DNA of 64,000 nt from Nitrospinales bacterium (GTDB lineage Bacteria > Nitrospinota > Nitrospinia > Nitrospinales > VA-1): contig CBDCXL010000002.1 in the NCBI GenBank assembly GCA_965223795.1, positions 1,152,001 to 1,216,000 of the forward strand, written 5' to 3'. Of the stretch, positions 1-10,746 are shown piece after piece. The notes under the pieces were generated by a model. It ran no database searches. It was not told where the DNA came from and worked only from the letters and a program-made list of their open reading frames with translations. The position numbers and the translations under genes were made by a program. Each line of letters starts with the position of its first letter. Position 1 is the stretch's first letter.

Positions 1-66
1 CGTTCGGCATCAAAAAGGTGGGATCGAGCCCCTGGAATCTCCATTTTTTAAGCGATTTTACGATTT

Positions 67-603
67 TCAGGCTTTTTGGGCTTTTTGCGAAACCAGGGTC
101 CGTTTCAATGCTTCCAGAGAAGCCAGGTGTTTTTTCTCTTCCGCAAGCAAGTGGGAAAAGATCACCCGGACATCGATTTTCCGTTCCGTCTGCAGCAGGT
201 TGCTCAAAACTTCAATGGATCGCTTTTCCGAGGCGATGCCGATCTCCAGCGCTTCCAGATCGCTTTTGAATTCCAGGGTATCGGGAACGGACGGGTCGTC
301 CGTGCCGGGGAACACCTTGCCGTCGACCAGTTCGGCGATCATCTGGTCTACATGCTTGCGGCTGGCCGATCTGGTTTTGAGCGCCGGCTGCAGAAATCCC
401 GCTTTGCTCTGGAGGGACTGAATGTGTTCTTTTTCTTCCGCCGCCAGTCTGAGAAAAATGTCCTGCACTTTTGGATCTTTGACTTTTTTGGCGGACTTTT
501 CGTAATAGACCAGCCCCTGCTTTTCGATGCACAGGCTGATCTCGATCGCATCGATGCAGTGAAAACGCAGCGGCGGGATTTCTTTAGAATCGCTTTCCTT
601 CAT
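67..603 (-). CDS. Rubrerythrin/ferritin-like di-iron family protein
   Basis: Two E..EKxH helix-pair motifs (IEKQGLVYY...AAEEKEH; SEKRSIEV...AEEKKH); ATG at 603 preceded by AAGAGG RBS. Confidence 0.8.
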   Translation of the reverse strand: MKESDSKEIPPLRFHCIDAIEISLCIEKQGLVYYEKSAKKVKDPKVQDIFLRLAAEEKEHIQSLQSKAGFLQPALKTRSASRKHVDQMIAELVDGKVFPGTDDPSVPDTLEFKSDLEALEIGIASEKRSIEVLSNLLQTERKIDVRVIFSHLLAEEKKHLASLEALKRTLVSQKAQKA

Positions 604-897
604 GCACGGCCTCTTTAAGGAATCGATCCGCATGCCTGTAACATCAATTCCCTTATTGGACTCCAATGTAAGGAAAAAGATTCAAACAGGCACCATTTAT
701 TTTAATAAATTATGCTAATATAATTGCCGCCCCAGACAGGGGAGACGGATATCCAGCCGCGTACCGCCGGCACTTGGGTCCGCGCTCAGAACCCCCATCA
801 GTTCCAAATTTTCAACTCATTCGCAGCTTTCCGAAACGGGAAGCCCGCAATATCGCACCGGTGAATTTTTGTTGAGGTGCGGATTATACTCAAGACG

Positions 898-1329
898 ATG
901 AAAAAAGTGCAAATATTTACCGACGGCTGCTGCAAGGGCAACCCGGGTCCCGGAGGCTGGGGCTGCATCATCCGCTCCAACGGCTCGACGAAAGAGCTGA
1001 AAGGGGCGAAAAAGCAGACGACCAACAATATCATGGAACTCACGGCCGCCATCAAGGCGTTGAAGCATCTTGAGGAACCGTGCCAGGTCGTGCTGACCAC
1101 GGATTCGCAATACCTGTTGAAAGGAATGACCGAGTGGATCAACGGCTGGGTGCGCAAGGGATGGGTGAACGCGTCGCGCCAGCCGGTCAAAAACAAGGAC
1201 CTGTGGCTTGAGCTGCTGGATCTCAGTAAAACCCACGACATCACCTGGAAGTGGGTGCGGGGCCACTCGGGCCACCCGGAAAACGAACGCGCCGATGCGC
1301 TGGCCAACGAGGCCATGGCCCACCTGTAA
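898..1329 (+). CDS. rnhA: Ribonuclease HI
   Basis: [48 protein letters not shown]. Confidence 0.97.
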   Translation: MKKVQIFTDGCCKGNPGPGGWGCIIRSNGSTKELKGAKKQTTNNIMELTAAIKALKHLEEPCQVVLTTDSQYLLKGMTEWINGWVRKGWVNASRQPVKNKDLWLELLDLSKTHDITWKWVRGHSGHPENERADALANEAMAHL

Positions 1330-1348
1330 CCCGGACCGCCATTTGCCA

Positions 1349-2527
1349 ATGCCGACCCTTCCCGACCGCGAGCGCCGATCCCGCACCGTTTTTAACGGCA
1401 GGGCGATCCTTCCGGGCGCGCTGGCGCTGATCCTCATTTTGTTCTGCTCTTCCGTTCATGCGGCCTCGACGCTGCCGCCGGTGCTGGCGGACGACCTGGA
1501 CACGGCCTCGCTGAAAAAGGCGATCCGAAACCAGCTTGCGGTGATGCAGGAGGTCGACCCCGACCGCCGGATCCGGCTGGGGAAAAAGCGGGTGACGCAC
1601 GGGTATCTCGTGCACACGCTGACAGCGTTTCTCAGGCTTCTGGAAGAAAACCTGCCGCCTTCGAAGTTTCAACGGAAAGTCGCCGAGCAGTTCGACTTTT
1701 ACAAGGTGGGGAAAGGCAGGAAGAAGCATTTTCTGTACACGGGATACTACACGCCGGTGATCCGGGCGAGCCGCAAGCCTTCGAAAATCTACCGCTACCC
1801 GTTGTACCGGCTGCCGGACGCATCGACGGAGTTCCGCCGGATCTCGCTTGATCACCAGGAAGAAGGCGTTGCGCGCAAACCGGTGTCCTGGCGCGATTTC
1901 ACCCGCAGGCAGATCGATCAGCAGGGGCTCCTGAAAAACAAAAACCTGGAGATCGCCTGGCTGAAGGACGACCTGGAACGGTTCTTCCTGCACATTCAGG
2001 GATCGGGGCGGCTTTTGTTTCCGGACGGGACGACGCAGGGGGTGCGCTACGCGGGCTCGAACAACCACGCCTACACCGGCATCGGCAAGCTGATGATGAA
2101 GGACGGGCTTTTAGGACGTTATGAACGCTCGATGCAGGGCATCAAGAAATACCTCCGAAAAAATCCCGCGGCCATCCCGAAGTATCTGTTCCAGAACAAG
2201 CGCTACATCTTTTTCTCGTATTCGGACACGGGCCCGCGCGGCTCGGGCGGCGGCGAGCTGGTGGGGGGCCGTTCGCTGGCGACGGACAAATCCATCTATC
2301 CTGCGGGCGCGCTGGCGTTCATCCGCACGCGCAAACCCATCCTCGACAGGAACAATCGCATCACGCGCTGGCAGTGGACATCCCGCTATGTGGTGGATCA
2401 GGATACGGGCAGCGACATCAAGGGGCCGGGCCGGGGGGACCTCTACTTCGGCACGGGCGTGCGGCCGGGGGTGATCGCGGGGAACTTCAAGGAGCGGGGG
2501 GAGCTGTATTACCTGCTGAAAAAATGA
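1349..2527 (+). CDS. mltA: Membrane-bound lytic murein transglycosylase A (MltA/3D domain)
   Basis: YTGYYTP, FFLHIQGSG, YAGSNNHAY, DQDTGSDIKGPGRGDLYFGTG; N-terminal hydrophobic segment; start approximate. Confidence 0.9.
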   Translation: MPTLPDRERRSRTVFNGRAILPGALALILILFCSSVHAASTLPPVLADDLDTASLKKAIRNQLAVMQEVDPDRRIRLGKKRVTHGYLVHTLTAFLRLLEENLPPSKFQRKVAEQFDFYKVGKGRKKHFLYTGYYTPVIRASRKPSKIYRYPLYRLPDASTEFRRISLDHQEEGVARKPVSWRDFTRRQIDQQGLLKNKNLEIAWLKDDLERFFLHIQGSGRLLFPDGTTQGVRYAGSNNHAYTGIGKLMMKDGLLGRYERSMQGIKKYLRKNPAAIPKYLFQNKRYIFFSYSDTGPRGSGGGELVGGRSLATDKSIYPAGALAFIRTRKPILDRNNRITRWQWTSRYVVDQDTGSDIKGPGRGDLYFGTGVRPGVIAGNFKERGELYYLLKK

Positions 2528-3073
2528 TCACTCCGGCTCGCTGTACAGCGAGACCAGCCGCCGGTCGATGAAATCGAAGCGTTCGTCGCGCACGAAGAAC
2601 TGCTCCTTGTCGGGAGCGCCGTGGACGGCGGAGTAATCCAGGTTGGCCGGATTTCTCTTGATCATGCAGGCGAAGGTGACGCTTTCGGGTTTTTCCTCGA
2701 TTTCCAGATATTCCACGGCGCGCAGGAAGGTCGACCCTGTTGTGACGATGTCGTCCACGATCAGCCAGTGCGTGTCCGACGAACGCTCGGGCGTGACGAG
2801 CTGCTCGACGTCGATCCTTTTTTTCGGCATGATCTGAAACGGCAGGTTCATGAGCTTTGAAAGCTGGTAGCCCACGCGGATGCCTTCGGTTTCCGCTCCG
2901 ACCACGACATCCAGCTTGCCGTGCTTTTCTTCCCATTGCCTCAGCTTGTAAAGCAGCATCTCACAGTACGCGGCGTTCATGCTGTCGGACAGGGAGCCGT
3001 AGTCGTAGTCGTAGCTGGATTTGACGCCGGTATCGAGTGTGAAGTCGCCGCGCCTGATGATGCGTGTGAACAT
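2528..3073 (-). CDS. Type I phosphoribosyltransferase (divergent PyrE-like)
   Basis: PRPP-binding loop LIVDDIVTTGST; N-terminal GDFTLDTGVKSSY resembles orotate PRTase. Confidence 0.75.
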   Translation of the reverse strand: MFTRIIRRGDFTLDTGVKSSYDYDYGSLSDSMNAAYCEMLLYKLRQWEEKHGKLDVVVGAETEGIRVGYQLSKLMNLPFQIMPKKRIDVEQLVTPERSSDTHWLIVDDIVTTGSTFLRAVEYLEIEEKPESVTFACMIKRNPANLDYSAVHGAPDKEQFFVRDERFDFIDRRLVSLYSEPE

Positions 3074-3204
3074 CGAAACTCCTTTCGCCGCTGCCGCGCA
3101 ACATTCCCTCTCCCGAAGCAATCTTTCGGCTGGCAGCGCTGTTTTTTCTGAAAATCTGCAACAGAATGCCGCGTGTTACCAAGATCCCCTGGCGGGGATT
3201 TTAT

Positions 3205-3867
3205 TCAGGTTCGCTCGGGCCAGCCGTATTTTCCGACCAGCGGAACGAATTTGCAACCACCGATTTCGCGCGTGGTGATCTTGCCGCTGTCTTTGGTCAA
3301 CAGCTTGAGGGACTGTCTTTCCAGACCGCCGACGGGAACCACGAGCCGGCCCTTGTCTCCAAGCTGGCTGATGAGCATCTCGGGTATGGACGGCGTGGAG
3401 GCGGTGATGAGGATGGCGTCGAAGGGGGCCTGGTCCGGCCAGCCGTAGGTGCCGTCGAACACTTTGAACACGATGTTGTTGATGTAGTTGAGCTGTTCGA
3501 GCAGGATGCGGGCCTTCTGCGCGAGGCTGCGGATGCGCTCGATGGTGAACACCTGGCCGCACAGCTCCGCCAGCAGCGCGGTCTGGTAACCGGAGCCGGT
3601 GCCGATTTCAAGAACCCGGTCGCTGTCTTTCAGGTTGAGCGCTTCGGTCATCGCGGCCACCACGTAGGGCTGGGAGATGGTCTGGTTTTCCCCGATCGGC
3701 AGCGGGCAGTCTCCGTAGGCCCGGTGCTGCAGCGGGCCGTGCACGAACAGGTGCCGGGGGATGCGGTTCATCGCTTCCATGATGCGCAGGTCGGTGATGC
3801 CGCGGTTGACGAGCTGCTCTTCGACCATCTTGCGTCTTTGACCTTCGTAAGACCTGGTATCCAGCAT
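3205..3867 (-). CDS. pcm: Protein-L-isoaspartate O-methyltransferase
   Basis: QTISQPY, VLEIGTGSGYQTA, APFDAILITA, KFVPLVG. Confidence 0.97.
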   Translation of the reverse strand: MLDTRSYEGQRRKMVEEQLVNRGITDLRIMEAMNRIPRHLFVHGPLQHRAYGDCPLPIGENQTISQPYVVAAMTEALNLKDSDRVLEIGTGSGYQTALLAELCGQVFTIERIRSLAQKARILLEQLNYINNIVFKVFDGTYGWPDQAPFDAILITASTPSIPEMLISQLGDKGRLVVPVGGLERQSLKLLTKDSGKITTREIGGCKFVPLVGKYGWPERT

Positions 3868-3993
3868 GGTGATCCTGCCGTGAGGATGTTTAGGAAAATG
3901 GGTGACGGGTGTGTGCGTGGGGCATGAAACTTCGGCCGGGTGTGCCCTGAAGAAAGCGCTTGAAGGGAAGCCCCGGTGAGGATCGGGATTCCG

Positions 3994-4311
3994 TCAGTTC
4001 AGGGGGGTCCTTCTATCGGAATCGGAACGCTTCGACGGAATCATGGAAAACGAATTAATTCCAAAATCAGAATTCGGCAGGGATTCCAGCTTTTTCGGGT
4101 TCTGGTAAAAAACCAGATCCCAGCGGTCGTCCCATTCGTCGTACTTGAGCAGGTAGATGTTGTCATCATCGGCGCGCACTTTGAAATAGCTGGCCTCTTC
4201 ACCATACCAACGGTCGATGATGTCGCTCACAACATAACGCCGGTCCATGAGGCTGAAGGCGATGGGCCTCTCGTTAAGCTTATAGCCTGAAAAGCATTCC
4301 ACCTTAAGCAT
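3994..4311 (-). CDS. Conserved hypothetical protein (small cytoplasmic; YFKVRADD...YLLKYDE family)
   Basis: Clean 105-aa ORF with pattern VECFSGYK..ERP..F...IIDRWYG..YFKV. Confidence 0.7.
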   Translation of the reverse strand: MLKVECFSGYKLNERPIAFSLMDRRYVVSDIIDRWYGEEASYFKVRADDDNIYLLKYDEWDDRWDLVFYQNPKKLESLPNSDFGINSFSMIPSKRSDSDRRTPLN

Positions 4312-4523
4312 GAACGTATGTTATGACGAAGGCCTTCAAAAGTAAACTATTTTTTGACTCCTTGAAAAGGATGCCCTTATAATTTTCAGTTCCACTTTCG
4401 CCCTGGTTTCAACGAATTCATTTTTTGTGCAGAAATGGGCAACTCCGGCACGGATTGCGAATCCGGCGGCCCGCCGTTTCGCCGGAATGCGCCGCAACCG
4501 CCACCCCCGATCGTGAACCGCGA

Positions 4524-5390
4524 ATGCTTGAGCCGGAAAACAGCCGTATCGAGGCCCACCTGAAAGCGTTGATCGGGGAGAGAAACCCGCTCGGCAGCCC
4601 GGATGCGCTGGATGCGGCGGCCCGCTATGTTTTCCGCCACTTCGAATCGCTCGGTCTTGAGATGCGCGAGGAGGCGGTTCCGTTTGAGGGCGGCGACTCG
4701 GTCAACATCCTCGGCCTGAAACCGGGCACGCAACCCGATTCTCCGGCTTTCATTTTAGCCGCCCATTTTGACACGGTGGAGAACAGTCCCGGCGCCGACG
4801 ACAACGCCAGCGCGGTGGCGGCGCTTTTGGAAACCGCGGCCTGTCTTGAAAACGTGCGGCTCGCCTCGCCGCTTCTGTTCGCGGGCTTCACGCTGGAGGA
4901 ATACGGCTTCGTGGGCAGTTCGCATTTTGTCTCCCGCGCCAACGAACGGGGCGAATCGTTTCTCGGCATGATCTCGCTGGAGATGGTGGGTTACCGGGAC
5001 CGCAAACCCGGATCGCAGACCTACCCGCCCTACATCGATCCTTCACAATATCCGGACTCGGGCGATTTCATCGCGGTGGTTGGCAACGAACCGTCGGCGG
5101 CGCTCACGCACGCGATCGCCGACGCCATGCAGCATTCGGCGGAGGAACTCAAGGTCGAACGGCTGGTGGTGCCGGGCCGCGGCGACCGGTTCCGCGAAGT
5201 GACACTCAGCGACCACTCGCCGTTCTGGGAAAACGGCACGCCGGCGGTGATGGTGACGGACACGGCTTTTTTAAGAAACCCCCATTATCATCAGCCAACT
5301 GATACAATGGAAACTCTGGACGTTGATTTTATTCGGGAAACGACTCAGGGCATCCTGGGTTTTCTGAAACAGCACCTGAATCCTGAGTGA
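4524..5390 (+). CDS. M28 family metallopeptidase
   Basis: LAAHFDTV, PGADDNASAVA, FTLEEYGFVGS, SDHSPF, NPHYHQPTDT. Confidence 0.9.
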   Translation: MLEPENSRIEAHLKALIGERNPLGSPDALDAAARYVFRHFESLGLEMREEAVPFEGGDSVNILGLKPGTQPDSPAFILAAHFDTVENSPGADDNASAVAALLETAACLENVRLASPLLFAGFTLEEYGFVGSSHFVSRANERGESFLGMISLEMVGYRDRKPGSQTYPPYIDPSQYPDSGDFIAVVGNEPSAALTHAIADAMQHSAEELKVERLVVPGRGDRFREVTLSDHSPFWENGTPAVMVTDTAFLRNPHYHQPTDTMETLDVDFIRETTQGILGFLKQHLNPE

Positions 5391-5409
5391 ACGGAAAAGG
5401 TTTCGATCG

Positions 5410-8400
5410 ATGAAATCCAACCAGGCACGCAGGGACGAAATCCTGCAGGAGTTCGCCGCCTTGGAAGAAGAGGAAACCACCGCTCCCGAAGCCGCCCCGC
5501 CCGATCCGCCGCGAAAAAAATCGCTGGCCCGGCGTCTGTTGCGGTTTTTTTTGTGGACGTTCGGTCTGCTCGTTCTGCTCATCGTGGCGGCGGGGATCGC
5601 GCTGAGTTATTTTTTTCCCTCCGAAAAGATCCGCCCGATCGCCGAGGAAGAGCTGGCGAAGATCCTGCACATGCCGGTGTCGATTGGGTCGGTGGACCTC
5701 AGCCTGCTGCGCGGGCTCGATGTGAAGCAGGTGAAGCTGGGCGGAGACAAGCCGCTGTTCACGCTCGACGCCCTGATTCTCGATTACGATCTCACCCAGC
5801 TTTTGCAGGGCCGGTTCATCATCAATCAGGTGATGGTGGACAAACCGGACATCTATCTCGAATCGGTGGACCGGGTGTGGAATTTCCAGCCGATCCTCGA
5901 AGGCAAGGACGCCTCACCCGAACCTGAGAAAAAGAGCGAAGATGATAAAGAAAGCGAAACAGGAGATGCCGTGGTGCCGCCGTTCGGGGTGGACCTCAAA
6001 CAGTTTCTGATTCGCGACACCCGCCTCACGGTCAACATGGACGGCCACACGCACGCACGCCTCGAAGGACTCAACGTCGAAGCGCAGGGCAAGGTCAATG
6101 AGAGCGAAGTCGATGTGGGCGTGCGCGTGCACCTCACCGGTGTTCCCGGCGGCGGCGCCAACCTCGCCGTCACCTCCACGCAGGAGCCGGGGCTCGATGT
6201 GAAGACGCTGGCGACGACCGATCTCAAGTTCTCGGCCCGGGACCTCAACCGTGTCCACCTCAACGGCACGCTCGGCCTCGAAAACAGCTCGGTGCGCGTG
6301 GGCGAGGCGCTGCCGGCGCCGGATCTCGCCGCCGACATCGAACTCAGCGTCGATCACAAGGCGCAGACGTTGTCTCTGCCGCTGCTCAACCTGACAATCG
6401 ACGAACGCAACCAGGTCCGCCTTTCGGCGCAGGCGGACAAGATCCTCACCGGCCCGGATTTCTCGGCGAAGCTAGAACGCTTTCTGCTGCACCTGGAAGA
6501 TGCGATCGCCTGGGCGGGTGACACGATCCCGCCGGTGACGGCGCGGGGCACGCTCAAGGTGTCCAACGTCGAAGCGATGGGACGGCTGCCAGAATTCAAG
6601 CCGGAATCGCTCAAGCTTGAGGGCGGCACGATCGAACTTGCGGACGTTTCGGCGACCCACGCGCCGTCCAAGGCGAAGGTCGCGGGGCTTAACGCCACGA
6701 TCCTGATCGGCAAAGCTCTCGTCGATCAGGGAGTGCCGCAGAGCGCGTCGGCGGATGTCTCCATCAAGGTAAAGAAAGCCGGGGTGCCGGATTACAGCGT
6801 CGAGGATCTTAAACACACACTCAAACTGGAAGCGAAGGGAGCGAACCTGCCGGAAGCCAGGTTTGAAGTTTCGCTTTCGGCCGACGCCGTAACGGCGTCG
6901 CTGCCCGATCTGGGAACCGTTAAAACGCCGATTGAGCTCAAGGGCTCAGGTGCGGGCCATCTTGAAAAGGGCGACCTCGACGCGCTGTCGCTCGACTATT
7001 CCGCGGGCACCGCCGTGAGCGGATCGGTTGCCGGCACGGCCCGGGATTTCGGCAAGCGTTCGTTTGCGGTGGACAAAAAACTCGATGTCGATTTGAAAGC
7101 GGCGCTCGCCCTGCTGCCCAAGGCCCTTGCCAAGCAAATCAAAGGAACCGTTTATTCGGGGGATGTGTCGGTCGCCGCCAATGTGAAAGGCAAGCTCGAC
7201 GACTCGTTTCAGCCGGTTGCGGCGCAGGGCCACTCGGACATTCAACTCAAGGGTGTGGATGCGGTCTGGAACGAACCCAAGGCTCTCACGAAAGGGCTGT
7301 GGGCGAATGTGGCGCTGCCGATTCAGTTCGACAACAAACGCGGCGTGAAAATTTCCGACCTCAAAATTGAGTCGCGGTTCGCGGAGATCCAGGCGCTCGA
7401 CAACTGGACGGTGGGACCGGCGGAAATCGAGACCGGCCTCAGCATGCGCGGGCATTACGATCTCAAGAAACCCGAAGCCAGACTGCCGGTCACGAACACA
7501 AGCCATGTCTTTCTGGCCCAGGTGCAATCGAAACAACCGGAACTTTCGGTGACGAAGCTGATCGTCGATTCAGAGTTTGCGGGAGATCTTCACGGCAAGG
7601 AAGTGAAGAACGCTTCCGTAAACGGCACGGTTTTGATCGGGGACGTTGCCGGATTGAAGGAAGTCAAAGCCGGGAGGATCGGCACGACGTTCTCGGCGCG
7701 TGTGAACGATCTGTCGCTCACGAAAACCCAGGCTGACGTGAAACTCACAGTGGAAGCGCCGAAGAGCCCACCGAAGGAGGGTCAGTTTGCGCTGGGTCCC
7801 TTGACGTTCGAAAGCACATCGAGTCAGAATTTAAAGAAAGGCGACATTGATATTAAAAAACTCATCCTCAAAGCGCCGGAGCTTGTGGATCTTTCCGTGC
7901 AGGGCAAGCTCAATGACTGGGGCAAGCGCTTCGATGTGCGCACCCAGGTTCCGTTGATGAATCTGACGGCGCTGTTCGACCGGGTGCCGCAGGAACTGCT
8001 CGCGGGTCTTGAGGGCATGGAAGGCCTCGATGTGCAGGGAACCGCGACCCTCGATCTCGATGCCAGAGGGGCACTGCCCAAATCGTTCGAGCTCAAGCAG
8101 GAAGCGCTGCCGGTAACGGCGAAGGCGGTGTTCACGCTGGACGGCGGCGGTGTCGTCCTGCCCGGCCGCGGACTCAGGGTGGAAGGGCTGAATGTTGCCA
8201 CGGACATCGACTTTTTAAAAGGCGACGGCGCGGTATCCGGCGGGCTTTCGGCGGAAAAGCTGTACTACAAGGATGCTCTGGGCGAGAGCTTTTTGAACCC
8301 GCGATTCGACTTCAAATACGCGCTTTCCGATTTCAACAAGTTCACCATCGACGCGCACACGTTCGCCGTTCCCAACCACGGCATCCGGCACACGTTTTCG

Positions 8401-9507
8401 GGCCGGGTGGACGGCCTGAAACCTTTCCTCACCGGCAAGGAACCGCTGCGCGTGGACGCCATCGCCAAACGGCTGGACATTTCGCTTTCGACCAAAAACA
8501 CGCTGCAAACGGAAAAGGCCCTCGCTTCCGATTCGGCGGCGGCGTTGCTGGAAAACTTTCAGGCGGACGGAACGCTGCATTCGCTGCTCACGCTCAAGCT
8601 GACGGCGGATAAGAAATTCGAGGTGGACGGAAATTTCGAGTTCGAAAAATTCAACACGAAAATTCCCGCCGGGGTGGCGGTGAAAAACGTCACCGGGAAA
8701 TTTCCCTTCAACAAGACGCTGCTCCTGGACCGCAGGCGGGTGAGGCCCGAAAGCGAATCGTTCTCCGCGTCGAAGAAAGGCTTCTTCAGCCAGCTGCGCG
8801 ATTTTTCCCGCTACAAGAACAACCTGATGATCGACGCCATCGACATCCAGGGCCAGACCCTCTCAAACATCGGGCTGGACCTGCTGTTCAAGAACAACCA
8901 GCTGCGCGCGGAAAAATTCCTGTTCGACGTGCTGGAAGGATCGGTGGCGGGCAACCTGTTCGTGGCGCAGACGCAGGAAGGCCCGGCGCTGAATTTCTCC
9001 ACCGAATTCGCCGGCCTCAACTTCGGGTCGCTGGTCGGGCGCAGCCGCGCGGAAGAAGCGGCGTTTTCGGAAATCGACGGCAACCTGCAGTTCGACCTCA
9101 AGGTGCAGCAGGGTTCGGGACCGCTCACGCTCGACCAGATCTTCACGAAGGTGGCGATCACGCGCATCGGCGCGGAAACCTTCGACCGGGCGCTTTTGTT
9201 CCTCGACCCGGAAGAAAGCAAACCGGCCATTGTGGACACGCGCGCGAAACTGAAACTGGCCTCGCCACACAAGCTTCTGGTGACGCTGGAAAACGGCAAC
9301 CTCAACGCGGAGGCCTGGCTCAAGAACAAGGTGCTCGGAGACATCATCAAAGCGCCGGAGCTCAAGCGCATCCCCATCAGCAGCCTCAAGCAGTTCCGCA
9401 GCATCAACGATCAGCTGCAGGTGCTGTCGGGTCTGAAAGACGTGCTCAACCTGCTGGCGGCGCGCGGCGTCGAATTCGACGAAGAGGGGAAGCCGGTCTT
9501 TTTCTGA
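5410..9507 (+). CDS. AsmA-family large periplasmic beta-rich protein
   Basis: 1365 aa; single N-terminal TM followed by AsmA-like N-terminal region (..IGSVDLSLL..LDYDLTQLLQGRFIINQV..WNF) and long beta-rich body. Confidence 0.7.
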   Translation: MKSNQARRDEILQEFAALEEEETTAPEAAPPDPPRKKSLARRLLRFFLWTFGLLVLLIVAAGIALSYFFPSEKIRPIAEEELAKILHMPVSIGSVDLSLLRGLDVKQVKLGGDKPLFTLDALILDYDLTQLLQGRFIINQVMVDKPDIYLESVDRVWNFQPILEGKDASPEPEKKSEDDKESETGDAVVPPFGVDLKQFLIRDTRLTVNMDGHTHARLEGLNVEAQGKVNESEVDVGVRVHLTGVPGGGANLAVTSTQEPGLDVKTLATTDLKFSARDLNRVHLNGTLGLENSSVRVGEALPAPDLAADIELSVDHKAQTLSLPLLNLTIDERNQVRLSAQADKILTGPDFSAKLERFLLHLEDAIAWAGDTIPPVTARGTLKVSNVEAMGRLPEFKPESLKLEGGTIELADVSATHAPSKAKVAGLNATILIGKALVDQGVPQSASADVSIKVKKAGVPDYSVEDLKHTLKLEAKGANLPEARFEVSLSADAVTASLPDLGTVKTPIELKGSGAGHLEKGDLDALSLDYSAGTAVSGSVAGTARDFGKRSFAVDKKLDVDLKAALALLPKALAKQIKGTVYSGDVSVAANVKGKLDDSFQPVAAQGHSDIQLKGVDAVWNEPKALTKGLWANVALPIQFDNKRGVKISDLKIESRFAEIQALDNWTVGPAEIETGLSMRGHYDLKKPEARLPVTNTSHVFLAQVQSKQPELSVTKLIVDSEFAGDLHGKEVKNASVNGTVLIGDVAGLKEVKAGRIGTTFSARVNDLSLTKTQADVKLTVEAPKSPPKEGQFALGPLTFESTSSQNLKKGDIDIKKLILKAPELVDLSVQGKLNDWGKRFDVRTQVPLMNLTALFDRVPQELLAGLEGMEGLDVQGTATLDLDARGALPKSFELKQEALPVTAKAVFTLDGGGVVLPGRGLRVEGLNVATDIDFLKGDGAVSGGLSAEKLYYKDALGESFLNPRFDFKYALSDFNKFTIDAHTFAVPNHGIRHTFSGRVDGLKPFLTGKEPLRVDAIAKRLDISLSTKNTLQTEKALASDSAAALLENFQADGTLHSLLTLKLTADKKFEVDGNFEFEKFNTKIPAGVAVKNVTGKFPFNKTLLLDRRRVRPESESFSASKKGFFSQLRDFSRYKNNLMIDAIDIQGQTLSNIGLDLLFKNNQLRAEKFLFDVLEGSVAGNLFVAQTQEGPALNFSTEFAGLNFGSLVGRSRAEEAAFSEIDGNLQFDLKVQQGSGPLTLDQIFTKVAITRIGAETFDRALLFLDPEESKPAIVDTRAKLKLASPHKLLVTLENGNLNAEAWLKNKVLGDIIKAPELKRIPISSLKQFRSINDQLQVLSGLKDVLNLLAARGVEFDEEGKPVFF

Positions 9508-9686
9508 ACGCCGCGCCTGTGAACACCGCGTCCCGGCGCCGCGAACGCACTGTGCAAAACCGGGCTATCTCCGTTATTGGCGGGGTTTTCGCACCCAAGC
9601 GTTTGGTTGACTTTGTCATTGCAGTTTGTTAGCGTACCCCCATTGTCAAACCTTATTGACTTCAACGCTTTCACTCGATCATCGAT

Positions 9687-10739
9687 ATGGCCTGGGACGA
9701 TTTACACGAACCAAAAGGACCCGAAGAACGTTTCCGCGGAGGCGGCGGGGGAGGACAGGAGCCGGGCGGCCGGCCTCCGTTTGAAATCCCGCAGATCAAG
9801 GTCCCGAAATTCAAACCATCCATGTTTCTCGGCATCGTCATCCTCATCCTTCTGGTCTGGATCGTGCCGGGTGTCTTCTATTTTGTGGAACCGGACGAAG
9901 AAGGCGTGGTGACCACGTTCGGGAAATTCTCCCGCACCACCGGTCCGGGACTGCACTTCAAACTGCCCTCCCCCATCGAGCACGCCTCGACGCCCAAGGT
10001 GCGGCTGGTGCGCCGGGAGGAGATCGGATTCCGCGATCCGCCGAACGGCCCGAGGCAGAAGGTGCCGCCGGAGTCGCTCATGCTCACCGGCGACCAGAAC
10101 ATCGTCGACATCAAACTGGTCGTGCAGTACAAGATCGCCGACTCGGTGGCCTACCTGTTCAACGTGAAGCGGCAGCGCAAGATCGTGCGCGACGTCGCGG
10201 AAACGGTGATCCGCGGGATCATCGGCAGCCGCAAGATCGACGACGCGCTGACGACGGGCAAGGCGGACATCCAGATCAAGGCGCAGGAAGCGATTCAATC
10301 CCTGCTCGATAAATACGAAACCGGAATCCAGGTCGTCACGGTGCAGCTGCAGGACGTCGACCCGCCGGAGCAGGTGGCCGCCGCGTTCAAGGACGTGGTG
10401 AGCGCCAAGGAGGATAAGGAGCGGATGATCAACGAAGCCCAGGGCTACCGCAACGCGGTGATCCCGGAGGCGCGCGGTAAGTCGGCGCAGATCGTGCGCG
10501 CGGCGGAAGCCTACCGCGAGGAAATCATCCGCGTCTCCGAGGGTGACGTGAACCGGTTCCTTTCGCAGTTCGAAGAATACAAGAAAGCGCCGGAGATCAC
10601 GCGCAAGCGGATCTATCTTGAGACCATGGAGGAAGTGCTGCCCACCATGCAGAAATTCCTGATGGGGGGTCAGGGCCAGGGGCTGCTCCCCATCCTGCCT
10701 CTGTCCAAAAACCCCGTTCTTCCCGACAACCGAAAGTAG
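9687..10739 (+). CDS. hflK: FtsH protease modulator HflK
   Basis: MAWDD start, SPFH domain, MLTGDQNIV, QDVDPPEQV, IPEARG. Confidence 0.95.
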   Translation: MAWDDLHEPKGPEERFRGGGGGGQEPGGRPPFEIPQIKVPKFKPSMFLGIVILILLVWIVPGVFYFVEPDEEGVVTTFGKFSRTTGPGLHFKLPSPIEHASTPKVRLVRREEIGFRDPPNGPRQKVPPESLMLTGDQNIVDIKLVVQYKIADSVAYLFNVKRQRKIVRDVAETVIRGIIGSRKIDDALTTGKADIQIKAQEAIQSLLDKYETGIQVVTVQLQDVDPPEQVAAAFKDVVSAKEDKERMINEAQGYRNAVIPEARGKSAQIVRAAEAYREEIIRVSEGDVNRFLSQFEEYKKAPEITRKRIYLETMEEVLPTMQKFLMGGQGQGLLPILPLSKNPVLPDNRK

Positions 10740-10746
10740 TCCTTAT

